Of a stretch of 64,000 nucleotides of DNA, positions 14,336 to 28,772 are shown piece after piece. The notes under the pieces were generated by a model that was not told where the DNA came from, made no database searches, and was given only the letters and a program-made list of their open reading frames with translations. The stretch is from assembly GCF_009914755.1 (NCBI RefSeq), contig NC_060929.1. One strand, given 5' to 3'. The number at the start of each line of letters is the position of its first letter. Position 1 is the first letter of the stretch. The DNA is from the human T2T-CHM13v2.0 reference genome, Homo sapiens. The translations under genes were made by a program, and so were the position numbers.

Positions 14336-14504
14336 ACAAGAGGTTGCCTGAGCAAATGCAAAACGAGGCTAAGAATTATCTGCAGTTTGTGGTCTGACTC
14401 AATACTGAAGATGAAAAAATGTGAGACATGCAATGAAAGAGCAGAGGACTTTCACACAGCCAGGAGACAAAGACACAGATCAAATTAGAAGCAGAAAACA
14501 AACA

Positions 14505-14700
14505 TTTGTTAATAGACACTGGGGACTCCAAAAGAGTGTGGGGAGGGTTGAAAAATTGCCTATTGGGTACAATGTTCACTATTTGGGTAGCAGGTACACT
14601 AGAAATCCAAACTCCACCAGTATGCAATATACCCATGTAACAAACAACTATATATACCCTGTGTATCTAAAAAAAAATTAAGTAAATAAATAAAAACAAA
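14505..14700 (+). mobile_element. L1PB/L1MA 3' end fragment
   Basis: 'gagggttgaaaaattgcctattgggtacaatgttcactatttggg...atacccatgtaacaaac' with A tail. Confidence 0.8.
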
Positions 14701-15429
14701 ATAAACCTTCCCTCCAGCTGCCCCTTGCTAAGGGGCTGGAGCAAGACCCTGATGAGGAGGGTGCTGGAAGATAACACCTTACCTATACCAGTGTCAGCCA
14801 GAATGAGCTCCTTAGAACATGAGTACTGGAAATTTCTGTATAGAAAATTGGTCCTGTGGTCAGCTTAGTGGAGAAACAGTGCACACACTAACTCACTCAG
14901 GGGTATTCCCAGTGCAAATGACAGAGACTCTGAGAAATGCTAGACTAGAGAAACTGGTTTGCTTAATCTAGTATTTACTGAATTTATAAGACCACTGAAC
15001 ATTCTTTGTGAATCTGTATGACATCTGTAAATGTCCCAAAGAACAAAATTTCCATGCATTTTATTGTATAATTTAAATGCATCATTTGAATGCCTAGTAG
15101 TATAATTTAGTTCATAGCCTGTAGTGTGAAACCATTGCTTCTTAAGTTATCTTTTTTGGTTGTCTTTTTACTTTTTTTCGTTGTTGTCTTTTTACAATCT
15201 TAATAAGAGCCCTTCCAAGGTAATTAAACTGGGATTCTGAAGCAGATGGATCTCTGGAAGCCAGATGGACTGACCATTTGAACCAGGTGAGCTTCCTTGC
15301 CAAAGGGGGCTGGCAAGGCCCCCTTCTAGGAGGACCTGCCACCTAAGTTTACCCACTACAATGGCAGCATCAAAATAGCATTGTCATACTGATATGCTGA
15401 AGGACTAAATTGTGTGGAACAGATATGGA

Positions 15430-15930
15430 GTGTATCAGAGCACAGGTAAATAGCTGCAAATAGTGTAGGCAATAAATTCACAGGAACTTAAAGATTGCAG
15501 TTATGGGCATAGTATGGACTATTGCCAACAGGAAAGGGTGCACGGGAGGAGGAGATGCCTGAACTGGACCTTATGAGGTCTAGCGGATGTGGGCAGTGGA
15601 GAGAAGTTGTGGGGGGTAGGGTGGAGGGTTTCAGACCAACAGGAAAAGATGGGGCCTGAATGTGCACAGGGCTGAGAACAGTCTCTGTGATAGGGCAGGG
15701 GGTAACGCTGGGCCTGGATTAGGCAGAGGGTGTGGTTGGTGAGGTCTGAGAGGTGAAGTGGACTAGTTTATGGACCACCCTGATAATCTGGCTGAGGGGT
15801 GTGGTTTTAATTCAGCTGATAACAAGGAAATATTGCAGGTTTGTGAGCACGGTCAAAGTGTGTGTTGTTTGACATAGATCTAGAGAACGGCAGTATGAAA
15901 ATGGATCAGGAGGGAGAAATCTAGAAGGGT
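15430..15930 (-). mobile_element. L2 fragment
   Basis: Purine-rich L2 antisense pattern ('gaactggaccttatgagg', 'ggaaatattgcaggtttgtgagca'). Confidence 0.55.
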
Positions 15931-16245
15931 AAATAAAATTCCTTTATTACAGGGAATACCTGAAGCACCAGGAAGACCAAATGATTACAGAGTTGGAATT
16001 TTCATCCCCACTCACAGACCTCCAGGATGAGAAGAGAAGGAAGAGAAATGTATAGACTATTTACAATTTCATGCTACCAAGAAGGCTGACTTCCAAATTA
16101 CCAAAGTCAAAGTCATTGATTTTTCTAAGAAATGTCCAGAGAGATTGACTGTATAAGCAACTGTAAGTGGCCCGCCCCGTTGTTTAACCATTGTTATAAT
16201 TAAGAAGATGGTTTGCTTGCTTTCTTTTAAAGTAACACATGTGTA

Positions 16246-17035
16246 TGTTAAGGGACTGTAGCCACTGGGAAAACACACTCTGTTTTTCTACATCCTCACA
16301 CAACGCTTCTGACACCAGATGTGTGGGGGTTTTCCACACCAGGCAATTCTTCAACTCTCCAAACACCAGTTGGGTATTCTGCAATTTAATTAGATTCTGA
16401 CACTATCTGGAGTCAGCTCAATCTCACAAGACTGCCCCACTTGCCAATCACAAGTCCAGGCCTCTGATATTTCTGATTGACCAACTATAAATCCAAGGTA
16501 CCCAGGACCCCCTCCTCATGTTCAATAATTTGCCACAATGTCTCACAGAACTGAGGGAAGCACTTTACTTATGTTTACTGGTTTATTACAAAGAATACAA
16601 CTTAGGAAAAACTAAGTCAGGGGATGCATTGGGCAAGATATGGAGGTGGGACTCGGAGCTTCCAGCCCTTTCAGGGTGCCTCCTCCCAGCACCTTCACAT
16701 GCTCAGCCACCCAGAAGCTTATCAAATCTCTTTGTTCAAGAGTTTTTATAGAGCTTAATCTCTAGCCATCCCCAGTTCCCCAACATCCTGGAGGTCTGTG
16801 AGTGGGGATGAAAATTCTAGCTCTATAATCACTTGCTCTTTCTGGTGACCAGACCCAAGGGAGACTATCTAGGGGCCCCACCCAAAGTTACTTCATTAGC
16901 ATAAACTCTGGGGTGATCCAAAGGGGATCGGCATTAATAACAAAAGATACTGCTATGTCTCAATAAATTCCAAGGGTTTTAGGTGTTCTGTGCAAGGAAC
17001 TGGGGAGAAAAACCAATTTTTAAAAATTGTACCAA
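16246..17035 (-). mobile_element. MER21-family solo LTR
   Basis: 'cttctgacaccagatgtgtgggggttttcca', 'ctcacagaactgagggaagcac', 'aattccaagggttttagg'. Confidence 0.85.
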
Positions 17036-19351
17036 AACCATGTATGATTTGCTTAACACAGCATATTTGGCAAATATAGAAAAAACCTAAGGAAGAAAAT
17101 GAATCATGCACAATTTCAGAGACAGTCATACATTTTTGGGGGTATTTCTTCCCGGGAGCAGTATGGTGGGGTCTCTGTGAGGTGATGAAGCCGTGGAGAG
17201 GTGGACGACAGACCTGGCAGTGCTCTGTGGTCACTGGTCACTGCAGTGATGCCTGGCTGGAGCCTCAGCATCCACCTGAGGCACTGACGAGCGGGAGCAG
17301 GCTTGAGTGGCACTTAGGTGGGAGTCCATCAGTCATGCTTGTAAGCACATGTGGGTTAGGGTTAAATGCACTTGCCAGGTTTTGTGCCATTTCAGTCACT
17401 TTTCATGCAAGAGAACAGAGCCTTAAATGCCAGCCCCACCGTATGTGACCTTTCTGCACACCACTCCAATAATTTGCGCTATCATACTCCTGCTTTACCA
17501 ATCAGGCCAAGACAATAACACATAAGAAAAGAACACTTCTGCATTGTTCCACAAGCCTTGAAATGTAATGTGAGTCTTTACTGAAGTCGTTTGAAGGGGG
17601 TTACATCATATAACATACAATGGAACAGCCTGGAAACCCCTCTGCGATTCAGCTCCTTGAAGCCCCGCACTGCCAGCACCGGCTCCGGCTCCTCCAGTTC
17701 CTCCCAGGACCCACTGGCTTTCTCTTAAATGCTCCTGATTCTCTGGCTTGCTTTTTCCTCTCCTTGCTGTTGCTTTGGGAATTTTCCTTTTTGGAGAACT
17801 CAAGCCTTTTCTTATGTAAATAAGTACAGTATCTCCAAGTTTTTTCAGCTTCTTCACTCTACCCACTACTTCATCCATGAGACAAGGGCTGAGGAATCTA
17901 GCAGTTCAGCTAGACTTCCAATCTTTCTTAAAAAGCTGGGGAGGGGAGAAGATAGAGAATCACTCTGTTTTTCTAATATTGCACCTGCCACACAAACAAG
18001 TGGGGGTGAGCCTTATTAAGAGGCTGGAACTTCTTAATCCAGATTATCTACAGATTAACTCTAGGCAAAAATGATCTCTGGAAAACAGAAAGCTGATTAT
18101 TGCTAGTAAATAAATGGGCTCTAAACCATAGTAGGTACCCAAATAAAACTCTTACTTTAAATGAGCTCCTTTGTTGATGTTTCCTGCCACTTCAAAGCAA
18201 GTGTTTGCACATGCTGATTGACAAGCTGAGAAGACCGAATGTTGAGCGGAGCTGCATTTCTTCACTTGGCTGCACTTTTATATAAGACATTTCAGAAACT
18301 TCTTGGTGTTATCTCAGAGCTGAAATGAATTTCCAGCTTCATGTTTTCTTAGTTATTATTATCAGTCCCAAAGTACTTACTATATCTGGTGCACGGTCTA
18401 GGTCCCTGTGCTAATGTTATGACGATTAAAGAGGGCTGGGTGTGAGTTTCACTATTAATAATGTCTATGGGTCTTTCTTCGAGTCTCCAGGCATTGGTAC
18501 GAATGTCTTTCTCTCCTACTGCTGCTTGGGTCTGTGGATCTGATTTCATTTATGCCTTTCCTTGTCTCTGTCCCTCCAGTAGTTGTATATAATCCTGGCT
18601 AAATGCACTGGTGTCTTCTATTGTTAGCTTTGCCTAACCTCATCTCTACAGTTTCTTCAGGGATTCCTTGAGCACAGAATAGAGCACTGCCTTTCTGCCA
18701 CAGAGAGATGGACTGTAAAGTCTGGCAATGTAACTCTGCAGGAGGGATTTAACAGCTTGTGATAAAATATTTAAGGAAAAAATAACCAGCTAATGGGAAG
18801 AGATTAATTGGATATTAAAATTATTTCCATGTAACAAGAAGACTGGGCTAAGAATATATATTGCAACTGGGGACCAATTGCATAATGGGGACCATAATGG
18901 GAACAAAAAACTATATGCTCCCTCAATGGGGACCAGTAACTATAATGGGGACCAATTAAAATTTGTCCATAATGGAGATCAATAACTATGCCCCATTCCT
19001 ACTTTCATCAATAATTTTAATTTATTAAGGTAAATTAAAATATTAAATATATTTAATATCATAATAGTGATTGTATTCATATTATATATAAAATATAAAA
19101 TATATAAATACTTTAATACATTTAAGCATATTAAATCTATAAAATATAAATATATTAAATTTGTGACAAAGGCAAAGTATGCAAACATTAATATTTAATA
19201 TTAGTTTAAGGATATGAATACTTTGAAGAGTTTGATTTTTAACAGTCAGAAGGGACTTTAACAATGACCTAGGAGTGCCTTGATTCTGTGGGTGAAGACC
19301 CAAGGCCTAGGTGGAGCAACTTATTTAAATTTCCTCTGGTTACTGGCCAGA

Positions 19352-19640
19352 ACTTCATTTATTGAGTGCCTACTGTGTGCCAGACCTTAGTCTAGGTCGT
19401 GATATGCAGCCACAAATGATATCAAGATCCCTGTTTTCTTGGAGTTTAAACATCTGTTGGGGAGGCAGACAATAAACAAGTGAACAAAGAACAGATGAAC
19501 AAGATCTTTTCAAACAGTGATGAATCCCTTGGTGGCTATGAAGAGGGGAACATGATTGAGAGGTGCAGTGGGGGTTCTGAAGAGAAGACCTTGCCGCTGA
19601 GGCCTTGGTGGTGAGAAGTACCAGTCCTGCAAAGCTGGTA
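19352..19640 (-). mobile_element. L2a 3' end
   Basis: 'catttattgagtgcctactgtgtgccag...ggggaggcagacaataaacaag'. Confidence 0.75.
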
Positions 19641-20336
19641 CAAGCCTGAATGTGTGTGGCCGATCACAGCACTCCAAACTGCCTCCAGAGAAAACACCTG
19701 TGGCATCTTCATCAGTTTCGTGGAGGTTCTATCATCTTCCTAGCATTTCAGAAAGAAATGAACACATAGTAGTGATATTTTGCAAATAGGCATCATGTAT
19801 CAAAAACTGTAATATGCACATATTGGTGATATTTTGCAAAGGAGAATCATGTATCAAAAGCTGGAATATGCATTATGTATCAAAAACTGGAAGAGCATAC
19901 TATTCTAGGACCTGTTAAAAGGAAGTTTATGTAGCATGCAGCCCTGCCCTTGATGAGCTTACAACTTTATGCACAGCTTCTTCCTCAGGAAGGCAACCTC
20001 CTCAACCTTCACAATTGCTCTGTGATCTATACCAGTAGAAGTAAGGGAGGCAGCTAATTTGACTTAAACAAGATTCTAATCAAGAGCCTGTTCTCTTCTA
20101 GAAAGAGCTTGTAGACATGTATATCCAGGGCTTTGGCTTTATAACTTATCTACCACAAATAATGGTGTTTATATTATATTACACAGTTAAAAAAAGGTCT
20201 ATGTGTATATTCACAATATTGACTCTCGGCCTGATATTAATTCCTAATAGTAGGGATGAATGAGAAGAGTCAGTGAAATTTCATCAAGCAATTGGCAACA
20301 TGCAAAGCATTTTTTTTTCTTTTAAAAATAAAATTT

Positions 20337-20660
<324 letters not shown>

Positions 20661-20691
20661 AAATTAGCTAAATTTAGTTGAGACTGAATGA

Positions 20692-21273
<582 letters not shown>

Positions 21274-22205
21274 TAAAAACAGGTTTAATGGAGATCCTGG
21301 GTTCTTCAAGACTTTTTCAAAGGACTTTAAAACAATTATAAAATTGTTTCAGTCCCACTGCGTAGTGTTCCAGAAATTGTTAAGGTGGAAGGGAGATGGG
21401 ATAACTATTAAAAACCTAAAAAAGTTTCATAGCCTCAAAAGTGTGAAAATCTGTGCGGCCTAGTCTTTGTCCAGGGAGCAGGGATTTGCACCCAGTCATG
21501 ATATCTGAGAGCTAGTGTAGGGTGTGCTGTTTGCTACAAAAGAGCCAGACAACACAAGAAACTTTGATTCTCAGAAAATGCTGCATTTCTCAGAAGGTAT
21601 GAATGGCGGAATAAAAGGGTGGCAGTGTGAATGTGTATCCTCACTGAAGTGTAATGGGAATTCAAAAGACTTTCTGCTGTCTCGCTTGAGCCCAACCCCA
21701 AGAGTAAAAGACAAGCTGCCAAAGATGTTAGACCCCAATCTGCAGGGCAGGCTAAGAAGATGGCATAGTTCTGTGAAACTGATGAAGAGTTTTTAGACAT
21801 TTTCTTTGGAGGCAGTTTGGAATGCTGTGGTGTTTCTCTTCTCCCTGTTTCCCTCACTCCATGTCTTGCTATGGGGTAGTGGAGACTGTTACCCCCGAGC
21901 CAAGTGAGAGGAGCTTCAAGGAACCACTCAGACAGCATGACCTTGTGCCCGCACACCCCATCCTAGCCTAGGAACTGTGACTAAATCAGCCTTGAATTGA
22001 CAGAGCAAAGGGAGAGAGCATTTCCTTGGAAGGCAACAAGATAGCAGGGGAAAGACGCTTGTTTTGACTTTGAATGAATTTGAAGTTTTGTTTCTCTAGC
22101 AGAACAGACAAACTCTGTAACTTCTGACCAAACTGAGCTCAATACTGTTTGAAGGTGACTACAGCTTTTGTTATCTATGCATGATTAGTAACCACAGAAC
22201 TCCTA

Positions 22206-22519
<314 letters not shown>

Positions 22520-22714
22520 AACCACAGAACTCCTTAAGATGAATTGAGAGCATTTAATAGAGAAAAATAAAAAATAAAAAATTGGTTTCTAGGTCAACTG
22601 ATAAGCTGGTTCTGTGACCTGAACACACATTTAAATTGTGTGGCTTTTGGGTTCCAAGGAAGAGGTTGAATACCAGTGACCAATAATGGTTTCTGTTTAA
22701 CTTGCATTCTCTCT

Positions 22715-22790
22715 GAGACAATGTCTGTAAAGTGCTTTGCACAGAGTCTGGTATAGCAGAAGCCCTCGATAAATAATAATGTTATTATGC
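22715..22790 (+). mobile_element. MIR 3' fragment
   Basis: 'tgtaaagtgctttgcacagagtctggtatagcagaagccctcgataaat'. Confidence 0.55.
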
Positions 22791-24520
22791 TCATTATCTT
22801 TAATTATTATTGCAAGCCATCTGATTTAAAACATATGCAGTTAGACCCTCAGCAGTTCTCATCCAGTTCCAGGCCTCTGTAGAGTGAGCCCTGAGACCAT
22901 CCCTCCCCAGGCTAAGAGGTGGTGGGCCTCTCTACGAGCTGTGGCTTCCTTGGGAAAACTTGATGTAGGTGACAGGTGGGACTCCAGGGAGGTACCATGG
23001 CAGACAGGTCAGGCCATCCTGACTTTGAATGTTGTCTCCACAATCAATGGAGATTTAGAAATCCAATTTAAAAATCCAAAAATAATATATACCTATTGTG
23101 GAGGTTTAATACCTACTTAATTGGCTTCTTGTGCTACATAATGGAAATCCAGTTCATTTACTTCCTTCTTCCCATCTTACCTGGCAGTGTTTCTTTTCTT
23201 TTAATTCTTAAAACCCCTCTGTGGGAGGCTAGCATTCTTAAACTTCCCTGTTCTGTGCCCTGTTTGCTTTACTTACTTGAGAAAGTAACCTATTAAACCA
23301 ATTTCTAATAAGATATAAATAAATGATAATTGCTTAGACTGAAGATTCCCTTTTAACAGAGGAATTTGGAAGCTGGAAAGCAGAGGAGAAATCTCAGACC
23401 CTGAACATCCCCACTGTGTTGACCTGGGAAAGGTCCAGGGCTGCAGAGCCACGTTAAGCACCTGCACTAGGCTGGGTCTTCACAGAAGACAAAACTACCT
23501 TTTCTCCAATGTGGGCATCCAACTATGACAGCCGATGAGCAGACAGTGAGCTGACATCTGCCACCTTGACTGGCCACCTGCTCTGAGCTCCTCTGTGCCC
23601 AGCTCTAAACTGGGAGCTTTACAACAGAATCGCATTGTGTCTTTGTAACATCTTGAAAGGAAAGGTATTGTTAGCTGAGAGACCCAAACCAGGCAAACTT
23701 CAAAGCAGTTGATCATCCCAGACGCACCCCTATGAGAAGAGAGCATTGAAGATGTTCAAGTAACACATATGTGGGAGAAAAGTAAAAGATGAAAAAGTAA
23801 AAGATGAACACTTTGAAAAGAGGAGCAGTGAGGGGTAAAAGATGAAAGGAAAAGTCACCAACTTTAAACGCTTGAGGTTTTCCTTGAACTCTATCTTCCT
23901 TCCTTGCTAGTTAGTACTCATTTCTGTTAGATCAGCACACAAAGCTACTTTTCACAAATCTGCCAGGTACTCAACTGGTAACATGAGGTCAAACAGAAAT
24001 GCGCATTCACGCCCTTTAATCTGGAGCTGGCATTTGGCAGAGTTTGTGGAGACTTAACTTTAATTAATTGAGTCCTTAGGAATAGAGCTGACAGTTTCCC
24101 TTTCACGGATTTTAGAAAGTTGAAATATTTTCCTCCAAGAACTTGATTGTTCTCTAAATCCCCCTGCCTGTGGAGGAGGCTATCATAAAACAGATGACTT
24201 GATTTCTTAGAGAGTCTTTCTCGTCAGACAACAAACACGATGTTATTCATCCTTGCAGGAAAATGTAGGTCCTAAGAGATAAGCAAAGGGGTATTTGGTG
24301 ATAAAACTGGAGAAAAATAGAAATGTTATAATTGAGCTGTGATCCCTAAACACTCTTCCTGCTCTTCCTCAAAAAACTTCCTGGTGGCTTCCCATCTCAC
24401 CCCACTGAAATTTAATGCATGATTTAGTCCTGCTGAAGAAATCTCAGCACCCACTTGAACAGCACCCCCCTGATCTCAACCTCTCTCCAGAGGTCTGAGC
24501 CCACAGCCATCAGCCATCTC

Positions 24521-25125
24521 TTAATCCATAAAGTAAATGGGGCTTAATGCTGGCGGCAGAGGTCGCAGCAGGAGACCGGGCTGCACTTGCCCAAGATACA
24601 GGCTTGTATGAGCATGCCTGTGGGACAAGTAGGTGAGCCCGCCAGGTGCAGTTTCCATGATGACCAGGGCATCTGCTAGGCAAGAAGATGCTCTAAAAGC
24701 AGAGTCAGTTATGCTGCATAGATTGCACAAAGTGAGTTCTGAGGAAGCACTGTGTGGATCCATAATTGCCCCCAGGGGTGTTGGGTTGTGTCCAAGGGAG
24801 GGGGCTGAAGTGAGATGGTGGATGAAGCTTAAGAGCTCCTGATGATGAAGTGCCAGCGATCCAGGCTTCTGGAGTTGGTTTTGATGGACGGCCACTCCTT
24901 CAGTGTGGACAGTACCTGCGTTGATGTGACTTTGCTGGGAACTGCCGGTGGCCTTGTCATATGTTAGTGCCCTGGCCAGGTAGGAGCTGCAGGGGCAGCA
25001 TTCTGGTGTGTGCCCACAGTGCTGTGCCTCTAGTGAACATTGTCAGTGATGGCTGACGATGGGTTACAATTGCCTTTGAAGATCACTGTGACAAGAGACA
25101 ACTGTACAGTGAGCAGCACTAATAG
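24521..25125 (-). pseudogene. Candidate decayed terminal coding exon of an unidentified minus-strand gene
   Basis: Acceptor 'cttctctctgtttacag|ct'. 201-codon frame with 2 early stops, then 173 stop-free codons to TAA at 24521. ATTAAA at 24416-24411. Confidence 0.4.
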
Positions 25126-25453
25126 CTGTAAACAGAGAGAAGGGCTTCACAAAACATGGGCAGGACCTCTTTGAGAATTCCCATTATTAACAAGCTGTAT
25201 TCCCAAGGGAGAGGTGTGCTAGAGTTCCTCCTGACTCAGTGGAGGCTGAATCAGAGAAATTCTGTGTAATGATGTTATGTTAAAACTTCTGCTACCCCTG
25301 GGTGCTACCCCTACACGCTATAGGGAATCAAGCATATGTGTGTTTGGAGGTGGGTCTCTGCTTTGATTGTTGATGGCAAGCTATGAGATGAGACAGGCAG
25401 AGTGCTCACTGAGAACCATGCTGGGTCAGGAAATCAAGGGGCCCTGAGGCTGA

Positions 25454-25609
25454 AAGTTGAAGAGATCCAGTGTGGTTACTGACTTTCCCTCAAAGCCAAG
25501 TGAAAGTCAATAGCCACACTATATCTCTTCAACTTCCTGCTGGGAAAGGAAGTTGGAGAGATTCAGTCAACAGAAAGAGGAAAGGTCAATAGCCACTTTG
25601 GATCTCTTC
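25454..25609. repeat. Four-armed inverted repeat (34-bp stem hairpin plus related arms)
   Basis: 25454-25487 is the reverse complement of 25502-25535 with 4 differences. 25547-25562 pairs with 25523-25538. 25585-25609 repeats arm 2. Confidence 0.85.
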
Positions 25610-27208
25610 TTACTGATAGCCAGGCCAGGCTGTCAGCAGCACCACTGATTCTCTAGATCTGGCCTACCCCTTTGACACTAGTGGAGTAGTCTGGGGACTC
25701 ATTTTCCAAGGAGAGTGCCCTAATTTAGCCATGACGGTAAGTGGTGTTTTGGCAGAGGGATGACATTCTGGGCAAAACATGTGTTGGAGGCTTGGACACC
25801 TCTGACCTAGCCACTTTAGCATCCCGAGTAGTCTGGGATAGTGACTGAGTTTGTGTGTAGGGTGGGGAGCTATGTCTCTAGAGAGCTGTATGGCTGAGAG
25901 CAATCTTAGATGAACAAAATACCAATGCTTCTCTCCCCTGAGCGGGGAGCAACTCCTGTCAGGTTAGCACTGGTGGACTGCTGTGGTCTGCTCAGCAGGG
26001 AGGGCTACCTTAACACAGCAGCGATAACAGCCACTACCACTGACGAGCATAAACTACTTGACTGATCATGGAAGATGTCTCACTTTCTCTCCTGAAAGGG
26101 CTGCCTATCAAAATGACCCCTTTGACTAAGTAAATACCTCTGGGTCTTAGAACTTCTTTTGGGAAGGAAGGCCCCAGGAATGGAAGAAACACTTTCCTCC
26201 ATGGGTGTACTGATACCTTCATTTAATTTGAATATTTTAAAAAATGGTACCTTATTTTGCTTCCCAAGTTGGTAAAGAAGGACAGAACAATTCCATATTA
26301 CACTGTGCAGATTACTGAGACGCCAGTAAATGTATGTTCCTATTCACTTTCCAATTATCTTTAGTGCTGTCTTTAGTGTCTCGATAGGACTTTGAAAATT
26401 TTGAGAAATCAGTAGTTCCTGCTGGTAGCTGTGGTCATGTGAAGATATGGAAGAGCTTGCAAACACAGGATAAACAAGTGAGAGAAAAAAAGTTTGAAGC
26501 TTGTCTTCATGAATTAATTATAAAGTGCCTGAAGTAGAAGATAGGACTTGGTTTGAAAAATAAGAATGTCCTGTGGTTTAAATCACTGAGCTGTCTCCAT
26601 ACACCATCAGCCTCTAGCAATGATCTCTGAACCCTGTCTTTCTTTTCAGTCCTTGTGAAATAATGAATCCTTCTGGAAGATGACTGGTGGATAAAATAAG
26701 AAATAAAACATTCACTTCCAGGAAAAATGGAACTAGGCACTGTCAACTCTCATGAGCTTTGTTCTAAAAGTTTTCTTCTTAAATAATTACAACAGATATC
26801 TTCTTAAATTCTGCCACATATCCAAGACCAAGATTTAGAAATAGGTTGCAGTCTTGCTTTAAGTGTTTGATTGCTGATGCAGATCCATTTAAAAAATGGC
26901 TTTATTTTTAACATATTCTCTTTTGAAACATCAAATAGTCAGGCCTTCCCAAGGCCAAAATAGGTTTTGGTCAGGCAAATTAGATCATGTCCAGCAAGTA
27001 AGAATAAGCAAAAAAAAAAAAATGCTGTAAAGACTGTTAAGGAAACCATCTTAGTCTACAGATGCTAATCAGTTGGTTGGAAGCTTTGTTCATAGCATCA
27101 ATGTATCTTTCAATATTATTGCTGCTTACTGGAAAGCCAGAGACTTACAGAATCTCTTAGCCTGACTTTATGATTTTTTTCTATTGGCAGTTAACTTTGG
27201 ATCGTGGC

Positions 27209-27667
27209 TGTCTTAGTTCCAGTTATCTGGAAACTGCCTTTGAAATGGAGATTTGTGTGTGGGAGGTTATTGAGGCCCACCCTCAAGAATAACACCAGTA
27301 AGGGAGCAAGTGAAGCAAGACTGAGTAGACGAAGAAGTCGTGTGTGACATGGTTGCAGTTGAGGTTTGAGCTTATCCCACAAGGAGGTCAGGAGCTGTGA
27401 TGACCTTTCTGTTTTGCCTGGAGTAAGGCAAGCAGGATGGGTCTTTGCCTCCTCTATTAATCAGTCATTGGAAGAGGTCTCTCCTAAGGGAGGGTTGTAC
27501 CTTGGCAAGGCAGCTCCTTTGGCTGAAGGCAATCCCTGGAAAGGGACACAGCTGTGAGCCCTTAACAGCCCACATTCCTCTCACCTGGCAAAATGAGTTC
27601 CATGGTTCTGACTGGAATGGAGAGAAGTGGAGGGGGCATTAAGGCAGTACACTAAAGATCTACAGCA
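27209..27667 (-). mobile_element. LTR16A-like ERVL solo LTR
   Basis: 'tgtcttagt...aatggagatttgtgtgtgggagg...ccttggcaaggcagctcctttggctgaaggcaatccc'. Confidence 0.75.
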
Positions 27668-27715
27668 AGTCCCCTTATTAAAGAGGCCCCTTAATTAAGG
27701 TAGACGGCGAAAGTT

Positions 27716-28215
27716 TGTCACTGTCATCTAATATTGTGTAACATCTCACCTTAAAACGTAGTGGCTTAAAACAACAAAAATAATTAACTGACCCACTGGT
27801 TTCTGTGGGTCAGAAATTCATAAATGGCTTGGCAAGAATCTTCTGTTTGTACTGCCTTGTGTGAGTGCAGTCAGCTGGTGGCTGAAGCATCTGGGGACTG
27901 GCCAGGCAGCTCTCTCTGCTCATGCAGTCTTGGGGCCTCTCCGTTTGGTCTCCTTGTGTGGCCTAGTTTGGTCTTTCTCACAGTATGGCAGCCTGGCACT
28001 TCTTACATGGAGGCTTAGGGCTCCACTGGTGAGGGTCCCAAGAGAGACTGGAAGAAACTACATGGCATTTTCTAATCTAGCTTCAGAAGTCATGTGGCAT
28101 TACATCTTCCACGTTCTATTTGTGTCAGGGACCACCCAGTTTCAAGGGGAAGAGACAGATTCCACTTCTTGATGAGAAGTGACAAGATCTGTAAGAACAT
28201 GGGCATTTTTGACAA
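27716..28215 (-). mobile_element. MLT1H-like MaLR solo LTR
   Basis: 'aaaacgtagtggcttaaaacaac...ctgtgggtcagaaattc...tttcaaggggaagagacagattccacttcttgatg'. Confidence 0.75.
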
Positions 28216-28324
28216 TATAAAGGCTATAAAGCTTATATTTTCTGATAGTAATAAATCCCATGAAAAAGAACTAAAAAACAATGGTATAACTAAAATCATT
28301 TGATTCTTTTTAGTTACACCGTTG

Positions 28325-28452
28325 TATATATGTGTACCCTATATATGTATATATGTGTACCATATATAATTATACCATGTATAATATACAGTGTACCATA
28401 TACACACACATACAAATACACACACGCATACACACACACACAAACACACACA
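28325..28452. repeat. (TA)/(CA)n low-complexity microsatellite
   Basis: Direct inspection. Confidence 0.8.
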
Positions 28453-28772
28453 CTCAATGCTTAAGTTCAGCTCAGACTATTTCATCAATTGTAAGAAACT
28501 AGACCTAGATACCAAACCCAGCATTACTAGCTTCTAATAAGTATGCTATATGAGGGTATAAGAGATACTAGATAAACAAAAGTTATTCCTGTTACAAAAG
28601 TCAGTTGAATGAATTCCACACTAGTGTTGGTTCATTCTCAGCCTATATTTTTCATATCATAATGCACAGTGCCCAATAGTAAATCCCTTTTTTGCAGCAG
28701 TACTGGGAAAGGATGCTTTGAACCTCAATTTTAGGCCACAGAAATACTACTGGCTTCCCAACTCTTACTTAC

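Noticed and set aside
17440-17880. Minus-strand 90-aa ORF or possible very old Gypsy-type LTR
   Set aside because: No recognisable protein and no confident LTR boundaries by eye.
18865-18992. CRISPR-like repeat-spacer array
   Set aside because: Repeats are short and degenerate with irregular spacing, the DNA is human, and there are no cas genes.
21500-22150. Possible ancient LTR-like unique sequence with 90/140-aa ORFs
   Set aside because: No family could be assigned and no splice or coding support was found.
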